From IMG/VR virus record IMGVR_UViG_3300040985_002734, positions 1 through 25,578 of that record: a stretch of 25,578 nucleotides of DNA. One strand, 5' to 3'. The translations under genes were made by a program, and so were the position numbers. Positions 15,272 through 24,384 of this stretch are shown in pieces (the stretch's first letter is position 1; each line of letters begins with the position of its first letter). Under the pieces are notes generated by a model. It saw only the letters and a program-made list of their open reading frames with translations. It did not search any database and was not told the DNA's origin. The stretch is from a virus (taxonomy: Duplodnaviria > Caudoviricetes).

Positions 15272-16879
15272 ATGCAAAACGATCCGACAAGCCAGGCTGA
15301 ACTGTACCTAAAAATGTATGGACGGGCCAAAGACTCCAAAGAGTTATTCAGCTCAAACCTGCAGAAAGTCTACGATATAGCTTTGCCAAATCTGGCTAAG
15401 TTTAATCGTGTAAATGAGACCCCGGGACAAGAGCTGACAAATCAGCGCTACAACTCAACAGCAAGCAATGCTCTCCCTAGATTTGCAGATAACATGATCT
15501 CACAGCTGATGCCGCCAGGTATTAATTGGGCTAGGTTGGTTGCAGGCGCAAGCAATGATGGTTTGAACTCTTCGCAGAAAGCCACTCTGCAATTCTACGA
15601 AAATACCATGTTCGAAAAACTAAATCAGAGTAATTTCTATAGGGCTGTGCACAGCTCCCTCATGGAGATGGCTATTTCTTCTGGCGTTCTCTTGATCAAA
15701 GAAGGTACTAAAGAAAATCCATTTAGCTTTGTCTCTGTGCCGTTGCATACCTGCTGCTTCGGCGGTAGTAGTGGTACTGGAATTATAACCGACGTCTACA
15801 GAAAGTTGAAAGTTGAAGGGCGCATGCTTGCAGATGTGTGGCCAAAAGCTAAAATAGATGGTTTGCTAAAACGCAAAGTATTGGAAAACCCAAACCAAGA
15901 ATTTGAATTCATCGAAGGAACGTACTACAACCCGGCGATGCCAGCAGATAAGCAGTACTGCTACTTTGTCGTTGAGTTAAGTGAAAAAGCCTTAATCTTA
16001 GAAGAAAAACGTAGCTATAGCCCGTGGATAGTTTTCAGACAGAAATATATAGCTGGCGAGTTGCTGGGACGTGGCGTGTTGTTGGACAACCTGCCATTGC
16101 TTAGAACTTTAAATAAGCTTTCTGAATGCATGCTTAGATGGAGATCGTACCAATGTATGCCAATTTTCTTAAATAGTGGAACTGACGTTAATCCATTTAC
16201 ATCCCAGATTACACCTGGCTCGATCGTATCAGTAAATAACCCACAAGATATGTCTCAACTGCAAGTGCAAGGGAATAGCCAAACCATAGATCAAGCAATT
16301 GAAAGTTATGAAGACACTCTTTTGACTGCGATGGGGTTACAACAGTTTACTCCACAGCAAGCATCTCGTTCTACAGCTACTGCAGCTGAGCTATTAGATA
16401 AACAACGCCAATCTCATAACCTTGGATTAGCTTCAAGACTGCAATATGAGCTAAACCATCAATTAGTGAATAAGTTATTTCACATACTCTCGCGACAAGG
16501 CTACTGGCGCAATAAATCTCTCGAAGGCTCAGGCATTAAGATTGAATTTACCGCTCCAGTGAATCAAGGCCAAGATGAGATAGATATTAATCGCCTGGTC
16601 AAATATAGCCAGTTGATGGAACAAATTAGCGGTCCGCAAATGGTATCACAGGCGGTGGCATTAGGCTTAAACGTCACCGATGTACCAAAATATGTGGCTG
16701 AAAAATTAGGCGTTGATCAAACTCTAATTCGCAATGACATGCAAAAAAATAATATGTTGAAGCAGACCCAGCAAGCAATGACAGGAGATCCGCAGAACCA
16801 GGCACCTATGCCACAAGGACCACAGCCAGCACAACAATCAGCACTACAAGGAGCAATGGGCAATGGACAGCAACCATAA
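15272..16879 (+). CDS. Portal protein (podovirus head-to-tail connector)
   Basis: 535 aa. RYNSTASNALPRFA, PPGINWARL, SNFY, PWIVFR...GELLGRG, TATAAE, Gln-rich tail. T7 gp8/BPP-1 type. Confidence 0.92.
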   Translation: MQNDPTSQAELYLKMYGRAKDSKELFSSNLQKVYDIALPNLAKFNRVNETPGQELTNQRYNSTASNALPRFADNMISQLMPPGINWARLVAGASNDGLNSSQKATLQFYENTMFEKLNQSNFYRAVHSSLMEMAISSGVLLIKEGTKENPFSFVSVPLHTCCFGGSSGTGIITDVYRKLKVEGRMLADVWPKAKIDGLLKRKVLENPNQEFEFIEGTYYNPAMPADKQYCYFVVELSEKALILEEKRSYSPWIVFRQKYIAGELLGRGVLLDNLPLLRTLNKLSECMLRWRSYQCMPIFLNSGTDVNPFTSQITPGSIVSVNNPQDMSQLQVQGNSQTIDQAIESYEDTLLTAMGLQQFTPQQASRSTATAAELLDKQRQSHNLGLASRLQYELNHQLVNKLFHILSRQGYWRNKSLEGSGIKIEFTAPVNQGQDEIDINRLVKYSQLMEQISGPQMVSQAVALGLNVTDVPKYVAEKLGVDQTLIRNDMQKNNMLKQTQQAMTGDPQNQAPMPQGPQPAQQSALQGAMGNGQQP

Positions 16880-17132
16880 CGCAAACGTATATGATCTGAA
16901 ATTCGAAGATATTTATCAGAAAGAAAACCAAGAAGCGGAAGAAGTGCATCAGTGTTTTCGGTGGCTGGCAACAAGAGAGGAGTTCAGCACTGCCTTTAAG
17001 TGGTTGCGATTACAGGCGGGCAAACCGATAGGATTCAACGCAGGCGATTGTTACCACAGTTATTATTCAGGAACGAATGATACATTCAAGTTTTTTGTCA
17101 AATTAATGGAGGAGCATAAAAATGGAAAATGA
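16863..17132 (+). CDS. Small protein between portal and scaffold (Bbp19-like)
   Basis: SD GGAG. AFKWLR...YYSGTND..KF pattern and BPP-1-like gene order. Confidence 0.6.
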   Translation: MDSNHNANVYDLKFEDIYQKENQEAEEVHQCFRWLATREEFSTAFKWLRLQAGKPIGFNAGDCYHSYYSGTNDTFKFFVKLMEEHKNGK

Positions 17133-17928
17133 AACACTTGACGGATCGACTGGAGACTCTACATCTACACCAACTCCTGAATCTACAGAAATGGGCCGTC
17201 AAATGGCTCTACAGCGCGCTGAGGAACAGGTGCAAAACGATGCGGTTGAAGAAGAGAACAAATTAATTCTCGGCAAATACAAAGATTATGACGCATTGGA
17301 AAAAGCCCATTTGCATCAATCAAAATTTGTCGGACAAAAACATTCTGAATTTGTAGGAGCCCCTGAGGGAGCGTATGAGTACAAATCGCCTTATGAAAGT
17401 GTGGATATAGATATCTCTCAAGGACCATTGCAGGCCTGGGCGAGTAAGGCCAAAGCAATGAATCTCAGCCCCGAAGGATTTAAGCAAGTAACAGACACTT
17501 TCGCTGGGATCCAAGCCGAGATGCAAGCTGCTGCAATTAAAGCACAAGAAGCAACTGACGAGGAAACATATGCCGCGGACATTGCAACATTTGGCGGTGA
17601 GCTGGCAGCTGAAGAAATGACAAATCAAACAATGTTGCACCTAGAGCGTTACATGACTGGTGAAGATGCTACAAAAATCATACAGGATTGTTCCGCTTCA
17701 AGTTTAATTGCTCTAGCCAGGACATTTAAAGATATGGACTATAGCGCTATACCCGATGACCCATCACTCGGTCATCGCGGTATAACTCGCCAATCTATCA
17801 TGAAGGACAAGATGGAGCGAAACCAGATGGTTAAAGAAGGCAAAATTGGTGGCAAGGCTCTTCAAGATTTGGACGCAGAGATTTATCGGAAATTTGAAGT
17901 TCTCGCACCTGGAAATTACAAAAACTAA
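17122..17928 (+). CDS. Capsid scaffolding protein
   Basis: Acidic N-terminus, LGKYKDYDALEKAH..GAPEGAYE, AKAMNLSPE. Lies between portal and capsid. SD GGAGGAG. Confidence 0.75.
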   Translation: MENETLDGSTGDSTSTPTPESTEMGRQMALQRAEEQVQNDAVEEENKLILGKYKDYDALEKAHLHQSKFVGQKHSEFVGAPEGAYEYKSPYESVDIDISQGPLQAWASKAKAMNLSPEGFKQVTDTFAGIQAEMQAAAIKAQEATDEETYAADIATFGGELAAEEMTNQTMLHLERYMTGEDATKIIQDCSASSLIALARTFKDMDYSAIPDDPSLGHRGITRQSIMKDKMERNQMVKEGKIGGKALQDLDAEIYRKFEVLAPGNYKN

Positions 17929-17942
17929 ACAAGGAAAATAAT

Positions 17943-18233
17943 ATGAGAAAAATAGGAATTAGTTTGAGTATAAACTTGAGCAAAATTGACAAGAGCAAAA
18001 TCTTCGAGGGCAAAAAAGGCCAGTATTTAGACCTGACAACATTTGTCAACTTAGACGATGTTGATGAATATGGAAAAAATGGATTCATAACTCAATCCAT
18101 CAGCAAAGAAGACCGCAGCAATGGGGTCAAAATGCCAATCATTGGGAACAACAAAGTTTTCTGGACCAATGACGAGGCTAGCACTCCTAGCGCAGGCTCT
18201 AAACCAGATCGATCTGATGACATCCCATTTTAA
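17943..18233 (+). CDS. SSB-like small protein with a C-terminal DDIPF tail
   Basis: Beta-rich core (INLSKIDK..GKKGQYLDL..DEYG..GFITQ..PIIGN), flexible linker, then DDIPF, identical to the end of E. coli SSB. Confidence 0.6.
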   Translation: MRKIGISLSINLSKIDKSKIFEGKKGQYLDLTTFVNLDDVDEYGKNGFITQSISKEDRSNGVKMPIIGNNKVFWTNDEASTPSAGSKPDRSDDIPF

Positions 18234-18249
18234 GACTACTGCAATAATC

Positions 18250-18278
18250 TTGACATTTAAATATACACAGTGTACATT
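18250..18278 (+). promoter_or_regulatory. Sigma70 promoter for the major capsid gene
   Basis: TTGACA (18250-18255), 17 bp, TACATT (18273-18278). Confidence 0.7.
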
Positions 18279-18284
18279 AAAGGC

Positions 18285-18391
18285 ATGAAGCCCTTACGGA
18301 TCCCTTCGACGAAGAATCCGGACCTGCGCTATGTAGATACTCCGAAAATAATAAACATTTGTATTAATTATTTTTTTTTGGAGTACTAACC
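18285..18391 (+). promoter_or_regulatory. Structured 5' leader of the capsid mRNA (candidate cis-regulatory RNA)
   Basis: Two similar hairpins (18287-18307, 18319-18344) and an alternative anti-SD pairing 18338-18352 with 18367-18385. Folded by eye. Confidence 0.45.
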
Positions 18392-19225
18392 ATGCCGTTA
18401 CAATTATCAAACGCTGCAATTGAGCAATTTAAGGTCGATTTTGAGCTCAAATATCAAGCAGCTGAAAAGCTAAGTCTTTGTTCTAACAACCTTTTTGGCC
18501 TTCGCGGGGACAGTTTTTCTTTGCCATATATGGGCGAGGTAACTACTCATTCACGTGGTGCTTATCAATCCATGATTCCTGCCTCTGATTTGGAAGTTTC
18601 AACAAAATCAATTTTGTTCACCAATTGGACATCTAATTTGCCATTGGATTATTTTCAGTCTATGGAACAATCAGTTGCAACAAATACCTTATCCTCTTTA
18701 TCAGATGTTCACTCTAAATCTATGGCACGTCGCTCAGATCAGTTTTTGATCGATGCATGGGTAGCTGATTCAGGACTACAAATTGCTGATAACGGCACCA
18801 ACATGACCGTGGATAAGCTAAAAGAAGCTAAATCTTACTTAGATACAAACAATGTACCTATGGAAGATCGATTCCTGGTTTGTACACCATCGCAAATCGA
18901 CTCACTTTTAAGTGATCAAACAGTAACTTCTATCTTGTTCAATCAGCAACGCACGCTTGTGAACGGACAGATTGACACCTTCCTCGGATTCAAAGTTATA
19001 ACTTTAGGAAATATGCCAGAAGGCGGTTTGCCAGTTGCCAATGAGATCCGATCATGTTTCGCATTTTCAAAAAGCAGTACTTACCGTGGGTACCAAATTT
19101 CCCCATCTGTAGATGTCCAGTGGGCTCCCAGTTGGCAAAGTTGGTTAACAATCAGTAGGTTACGTGCAGGTGCTGTAGTAGGACAAACGAATGGTGTTGT
19201 CGAAATTTCATGTGACGAATCATAG
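18392..19225 (+). CDS. Major capsid protein (277 aa)
   Basis: IEQFKVDFELKYQ, MARRSDQFLI, LDTNNVPMEDRFLV, LL...VTS..FN...LVNGQIDTFLGFKVI, GVVEISCDE. Podovirus capsid pattern after the scaffold. Confidence 0.9.
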   Translation: MPLQLSNAAIEQFKVDFELKYQAAEKLSLCSNNLFGLRGDSFSLPYMGEVTTHSRGAYQSMIPASDLEVSTKSILFTNWTSNLPLDYFQSMEQSVATNTLSSLSDVHSKSMARRSDQFLIDAWVADSGLQIADNGTNMTVDKLKEAKSYLDTNNVPMEDRFLVCTPSQIDSLLSDQTVTSILFNQQRTLVNGQIDTFLGFKVITLGNMPEGGLPVANEIRSCFAFSKSSTYRGYQISPSVDVQWAPSWQSWLTISRLRAGAVVGQTNGVVEISCDES

Positions 19226-19234
19226 GAGAAATAT

Positions 19235-19912
19235 ATGATATTTCAACCGAAACACTTTGCCCCCATTGGCACTGGTTATGGCGAATCATGCGCTCAACAA
19301 ATGTTTACTTACGTTTGTATGCTGAGCAGCATTGAGCAAATTACCGCGGATGGTTTTTTTCCAACAAACTTGCTCTTAAAAATGGGTGATTTAATTTTCA
19401 TCCCAGTTTTGAATAATCCTGCGTCTGCCTCAAGCATGTACGTCGTCATGATCACCAATCCACTGGGTGTTGCTGAAGGCGGTAGATATGAAGGTGTAGT
19501 AACTTCAAAAGTTATCATTGACACATCAGCCGGCGGCGGTGGTGTTCCAGCAGATGATTCTATCACAACTGCGATGCTTCAAGATGAGTGCGTATCTACC
19601 GCTAAGCTGGAAGATGATTGCGTGGCTACGGGAAAAATTGCTGATTCTGCTGTGACATATGCAAAATTGAGTAGTGACATCACGGGTATTGTTGACAGTA
19701 CGTCGGGGCCTGCAACTGCGGCGACAAGCACAGCATTTTCATTGCCTGGAGTTGACATAAACAACAAAGCAATTGCTTTCATGACCGCGGGCTTTAGTCA
19801 GCCAATCGTGGGAACTGTTTGTACTGCAGATACTGTTACTGTGCATTTCGCAGCAGCAGCGTTGGTAACCGACACTGTCGAAATCCTTGTAATAGGTAAC
19901 CATAATTCTTAA
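19235..19912 (+). CDS. Head decoration/fibre protein, paralog 1 (about 4 decamer repeats)
   Basis: N-terminal GYG..FTY..I.ADGFF..LKMGDLI domain, decamer repeats at 19547-19666, C-terminal beta domain shared with the next gene. Confidence 0.65.
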   Translation: MIFQPKHFAPIGTGYGESCAQQMFTYVCMLSSIEQITADGFFPTNLLLKMGDLIFIPVLNNPASASSMYVVMITNPLGVAEGGRYEGVVTSKVIIDTSAGGGGVPADDSITTAMLQDECVSTAKLEDDCVATGKIADSAVTYAKLSSDITGIVDSTSGPATAATSTAFSLPGVDINNKAIAFMTAGFSQPIVGTVCTADTVTVHFAAAALVTDTVEILVIGNHNS

Positions 19913-19926
19913 TAGGAGATTTAAAA

Positions 19927-20772
19927 ATGGCTTTTAACGAGAAAAAGTTCTACCTGATGAGTCAGGGATATGGGCAAACAAGTGGTCGCAGACTTTATAG
20001 TTATGACGACCATGATTCGACGGTTGCAGAGATGAAAGCTAGTGGCTTTTTTGATGATGCATCGCCGGCGCTTAGGATTGATGACTTGTTGTTTTTATCA
20101 GCTTCTGATGATCGCGAATTGGCGTATGTTGCGAGTTTAGCGCCTGTAACCATTGTTGACTTAGTCACTGCATCTAGTGGGACAATTCCTGACGGCAGCA
20201 TTACTAATGCCAAGCTGGCTGACGGTGCGGTTTCTGGGGCGAAGGTAGCTGCGCTAGGTATTTCCGCAGGGAAATATGCCGCGGCGAGTATTGCAACTGC
20301 AGACGTTGCGCCGCTTGCAATTACATCAGGTTTGCTAGCAGCAAGTTCTGTGTCGGGTGATAAAATTGCTCCGCTTGGAATACCGACTGGTGCCTATGCC
20401 GCTGGATCTATCGCCACTGCGGACATCGCAACCTCTGCAATTACTGGCCCTTTGATCAATAACGGAAGCATTACAAGCAGCAAAATTGGTAACGGGACTT
20501 TACTGCTAGCAGATATGGCCACTGAGGTGACCGACAAGCTTGTTTCTCATTCAGTCATACACACGACAGTGGGTGGTAGTGCAACTGAGGCAATAGCATT
20601 GGCCGGTGTTACTGCTACGGATGTTTGCCAGGTTGGGCTACATACATCTCCAATTGGAGGCAAGACAATTATAAGTTATGCGTGCGAGGCTGGAGCCGTA
20701 AGTGTAGTATTTTCCGGAGATCCATCAACTACGCATAAACTAAATATCCTTGTGACCAAACCAACCGCGTAA
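19927..20772 (+). CDS. Head decoration/fibre protein, paralog 2 (about 11 decamer repeats)
   Basis: MAF..GYG..LYSY..V...SGFFDD..LRIDDLL domain, (I/L)AxGSITxxK-type repeats at 20185-20514, C-terminal beta domain. Confidence 0.7.
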   Translation: MAFNEKKFYLMSQGYGQTSGRRLYSYDDHDSTVAEMKASGFFDDASPALRIDDLLFLSASDDRELAYVASLAPVTIVDLVTASSGTIPDGSITNAKLADGAVSGAKVAALGISAGKYAAASIATADVAPLAITSGLLAASSVSGDKIAPLGIPTGAYAAGSIATADIATSAITGPLINNGSITSSKIGNGTLLLADMATEVTDKLVSHSVIHTTVGGSATEAIALAGVTATDVCQVGLHTSPIGGKTIISYACEAGAVSVVFSGDPSTTHKLNILVTKPTA

Positions 20773-20811
20773 TTGCCTTAGGCAAGCGCATAAAACGAAA
20801 GCGGGGTAGCC

Positions 20812-20940
20812 ATGGCTTTTATACAAGATTTTTTGTATCTTGCCTCAAGCGGGTACTCTGCTAACGTTGCGCAGAAGCTCTGACAATATCGCTGATATCC
20901 GTGAAGATGGATATTTTAATGATGCCGTACAATAATTAAA
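20812..20940 (+). pseudogene. Decayed third head decoration paralog
   Basis: MAFIQDFLYLASSGYSANVAQKL*, then in the +1 frame DNIADIREDGYFNDAVQ*L. Colinear with the N-termini of both upstream paralogs. Confidence 0.75.
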
Positions 20941-20953
20941 CCAAGTTCGAACA

Positions 20954-20992
20954 GTTGGGGTAGCTTGTTGCTCCTTGCTACCCTAACATCTT
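20954..20992 (+). terminator. Hairpin after the capsid/decoration block (putative partial terminator)
   Basis: 11-bp stem GTTGGGGTAGC (20954-20964) / GCTACCCTAAC (20977-20987), one G-U pair. Weak U-tract. Confidence 0.5.
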
Positions 20993-21003
20993 GAGGTATA
21001 TAA

Positions 21004-21579
21004 ATGGCAACAAAACTAGATATAATCAATGACGCTCTTAATTGCTTGGGCGAGCCGCCACTTGGATCTCTTGAAACTCAAAATTCTGGCCTTCAAGGAA
21101 TCATAAGAGCTTACGAAATGATTGTAGATAATGCCTTATGCAATATACCATGGACATTTGCATTAAAGACCGTAGACCTTACGCCTGACGGAACAGTAAC
21201 GCCACCTCTGCCAACCTATCAATATACTTATCATACTCCAGCTGACATGCTGTGGGCTTACCGCACGTACCCGCTGAGTTTTAATTATATCATCCAAGGG
21301 AAATATATATATTCAAACCAAAGTACGACTTGGAAACTTGTTTATATTTGGCGAGCCACAGAAGATTATTTTCCTACGTATTTTCAACTGTATCTCTCCT
21401 ATCAGTTAGCCGCCAACAATGCACTAATGCTTACTGAAGACGCAAACAAAGTGCAAATATGGGAACAAGCAGCTAAAGAACAGTTATCCAAGGCTAAATA
21501 TCTCGACCAGGCACAACAACCTTCACGTGTTATTGCGTCAAACCCTCTTTGGGAAACTCATCATTATGCTGCATTTTAG
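21004..21579 (+). CDS. Tail tubular protein A / adaptor (T7 gp11-like)
   Basis: KLDIINDALNCLGEPPL..PWTFA..YQYTYHTPAD..FPTYF..LA motifs, 191 aa, SD GAGGT. Confidence 0.87.
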   Translation: MATKLDIINDALNCLGEPPLGSLETQNSGLQGIIRAYEMIVDNALCNIPWTFALKTVDLTPDGTVTPPLPTYQYTYHTPADMLWAYRTYPLSFNYIIQGKYIYSNQSTTWKLVYIWRATEDYFPTYFQLYLSYQLAANNALMLTEDANKVQIWEQAAKEQLSKAKYLDQAQQPSRVIASNPLWETHHYAAF

Positions 21580-21587
21580 GGTTACCC

Positions 21588-23777
21588 ATGGCAAAAATTC
21601 ATATAAAGCAAAACGATATGTCACATGGGATAATAAACAAGGCCCTGCAAGCTAGGACTGATCTTGCTGTATATACAAAATCCGTTCAAGAACTAGATGA
21701 AATGGTTGTGATGCGCGAAGGAGGGGTTAGAACTCGTTTCGGCACAAAAGCTGTTAAGTTTGATAATGACAATCTTCCTTCGATAGCAGATCTTGCTGAA
21801 GCTGAAGTATTTGTTTGGGACTATGATGGGCACAGTTACTATTTTACGGAAAGCAAAACGGGGCCAAGCGCTTATGCACTAACATGCTACAAGTTAGCAG
21901 CAGAGGGTGGCGCAGTAGAAATACCCATTACTCTTCTTACCGGCAATCCAATTGGAAAAGTGTACGATTATACCGCAATAAATAATACGCTTTATATTAC
22001 AGCTTCTCTTCTAGGTTATTGCACCATAACACCCACAGGGACACCAACCGTAACTGGGTTTAGTATTGATTATTTCGAACCTAGAATAGCGCCTCAATTT
22101 GATATGCTAAGTTCCTTTTACGACGGATACCGAAGTTTAACTTTTACATGCGCCAATGTTACTGCTGCACCAGGGGATGCTATAGAAGTCTATGTATGGA
22201 CTGATAGCGCCGCAACTACGCCTGCCACTTATGCTGATTTTGGTACGGGAGTAGATGCTAATAATTTAGTTGGGGGAATGTTTTACTCGTTCGGTTTAAC
22301 AGAAAGTGGTGGAATTGGAGCAGGACTAGGAAGAGGCACAATTATTGCCATTCTAACCGGCCCCACCCCAGCCAATGCATTCGGAATAGAAGTAAGGGTA
22401 ATATCAGAATTTTCTCCAACTAGTGATAGTGACACGTCAAGAACTTGGACCGGCGCCGATGTAGTTCTAACAGCTGCAGTGGGAGGTGAGGCTACAGACG
22501 GAATTTTTAGGAGCGTAGCTGTTTTTGAATCTCGTTTGGTTTTTGGAAATTTAACCAAAATTGGTGTAGATACTGGCGAATATTTACCTAGGCATGTATT
22601 CTTTTCTCAAACTGGCGAGCCAGATAATTTTGACCCTGATAACGGCGCAGATTCAGGCGCAATAACGTTGCAGCTAGGCAGCAAAACAGACCAATCTGCT
22701 ATTACTTATATGCAGTCGAATAAAGCATTTGCTGTTTTTACTATTGAGGGTCTATATGCATCTAGCTCATGGTCTAGTGATGCATTTACTCCATCTAATG
22801 CTTCGCTCAGGCAGCAGGATCAAATTGGAACATCAACGCGACCTGTTTTCATAGACAACACACTCATATTTTTAAGCTCAGATGGTCGGCGGTTGTGGGG
22901 TGCCCAACCTAATGATGACGCACAAACATATAAAATTACCCAGCTTAATGAACTTGCAACGGATTTATTTCGATCAGACCCAGTCTTTATGTGCCCCATT
23001 AGATTTGGTTTGAACAATGAAAAAGATGAATATGCTAGTCAGCTAGTCCTGATTGGTTATAGCGACTATTGTATTGTTATGCAAATTCAGCAGGAAGAAA
23101 ATATAGTAGCGTTTTCAAGAGCTTTTGCACCCGTTGATGATAATTTTTCTAGAACATATATTGTGCCTATAGCTATGGGAATAGGGGTTGAAGGTAGTTA
23201 CATGTTGGTCTCCCCTTACGTTGAGGGCTCCTATGGACCATCACTTCAATGGGTAGAGCCAAGCTGGCAAACAACTATGGATAATTCAATTAATGTAACA
23301 GTAGCCGCCCAAGGCATAGTTGCAGATTATCTGCCGGGAAGTTCAGGAACATGCATTGCCACAGAAAATCCAGTAGCCTATGGGCCGCTCTTGCACGAGG
23401 GGCCACGCGAAAGCAATAATTATGATGGGACTATTCCTACTCTTGATCAAAATTTTACCGCTGGCTATGTTTTTCAAGTGGGATTAACAACTTTGCCAGT
23501 TCATGTAAACACACAAACAGGCGACAGCCTCTATGCTCGTAAACGCATTATATACAATTACGTTCAAACTATTGATTCAGCCGGGTTTAAACTTAATGGC
23601 GAAGACATTGATGGGTATGTTTACCCAATGACACTAGATGATGGGAAACCATATTCATCGCATATTTATAAAAGACCATCATTCATGGGATGGAAACGAC
23701 TAACATTTAACAAAATTACTTATGACCAGCCGTATGTATTGCACATTATTGGCTTGGCCTGCGACATAACAGTTTAG
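21588..23777 (+). CDS. Tail tubular protein B / nozzle (T7 gp12-like)
   Basis: QNDMSHG..ARTDLAVY..GGVRTRFGT, FESRLVFG, VFFSQTGEPDNF, QQEENIVAFS. Start set to ATG 21588. Confidence 0.87.
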   Translation: MAKIHIKQNDMSHGIINKALQARTDLAVYTKSVQELDEMVVMREGGVRTRFGTKAVKFDNDNLPSIADLAEAEVFVWDYDGHSYYFTESKTGPSAYALTCYKLAAEGGAVEIPITLLTGNPIGKVYDYTAINNTLYITASLLGYCTITPTGTPTVTGFSIDYFEPRIAPQFDMLSSFYDGYRSLTFTCANVTAAPGDAIEVYVWTDSAATTPATYADFGTGVDANNLVGGMFYSFGLTESGGIGAGLGRGTIIAILTGPTPANAFGIEVRVISEFSPTSDSDTSRTWTGADVVLTAAVGGEATDGIFRSVAVFESRLVFGNLTKIGVDTGEYLPRHVFFSQTGEPDNFDPDNGADSGAITLQLGSKTDQSAITYMQSNKAFAVFTIEGLYASSSWSSDAFTPSNASLRQQDQIGTSTRPVFIDNTLIFLSSDGRRLWGAQPNDDAQTYKITQLNELATDLFRSDPVFMCPIRFGLNNEKDEYASQLVLIGYSDYCIVMQIQQEENIVAFSRAFAPVDDNFSRTYIVPIAMGIGVEGSYMLVSPYVEGSYGPSLQWVEPSWQTTMDNSINVTVAAQGIVADYLPGSSGTCIATENPVAYGPLLHEGPRESNNYDGTIPTLDQNFTAGYVFQVGLTTLPVHVNTQTGDSLYARKRIIYNYVQTIDSAGFKLNGEDIDGYVYPMTLDDGKPYSSHIYKRPSFMGWKRLTFNKITYDQPYVLHIIGLACDITV

Positions 23778-23785
23778 GGGAAATC

Positions 23786-24382
23786 ATGGCTCTATCGACA
23801 TTACTCATAGTTGGAATTTCTGCAGCAGTAGCTGGGGGAGCCGAAGAGATAACATCGTCTGTGCTCAAAAAAAACCGCGAAGAAGAGATGCAAAAAGAAC
23901 AGGCTAAACAAGCTACTGATCAAATCAAACAACAGCGGGCACAAGCGAGCTTAGCCTCATCTGAGCAAGCTACAAAACGTGCTCAGCAAAGCGAAAATAC
24001 GCTAGCAGCACAAAAAGTCATGGCAGCATCGCGTGGTACGCTCAATAGCCCTGTCTTTGGCAGCTTGGTATCAGGGTCAGCTTCCAACTTTGCAGCAGAC
24101 AACCAAGTAGCCGCAATGAATTTATCAATGACAAATGATAATCTAAATATCCAACAACTCGCAGTGCAGCGCAATTTGGCAGAGCAAGAGAAATCCGACA
24201 ATTTCAATATGTGGTCAGGCATAGGTGGCGCAGTTGTAGGCACCGCTGGCAATATAGCAGGTGCATCAACTGGATACGAGCAGGCTAAGGGCGCTCGTCG
24301 CGCAATTGATAATCAACCTGGATTGTCCGAATCCGACAACAATTGGTCAAACCAAGTGCCAAAAAATTATTTTGGGAGCTAA
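23786..24382 (+). CDS. Small internal virion/ejection protein (T7 gp14-like)
   Basis: Hydrophobic G/A-rich N-terminus, Q/A-rich helix, AAQKVMAASRG, Gly-rich C-terminus. Follows the nozzle. Confidence 0.7.
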   Translation: MALSTLLIVGISAAVAGGAEEITSSVLKKNREEEMQKEQAKQATDQIKQQRAQASLASSEQATKRAQQSENTLAAQKVMAASRGTLNSPVFGSLVSGSASNFAADNQVAAMNLSMTNDNLNIQQLAVQRNLAEQEKSDNFNMWSGIGGAVVGTAGNIAGASTGYEQAKGARRAIDNQPGLSESDNNWSNQVPKNYFGS

Positions 24383-24384
24383 TA

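Noticed and set aside
14996-19237. TAG readthrough or TAG recoding: TAG stops at 14998, 15262 and 19225 are in frame with the next ATG
   Set aside because: Each TAG forms part of the next gene's SD (TAGGA...) with normal spacing. Other TAG stops (21579, 23777) are out of frame, and genes are intact in the standard code.
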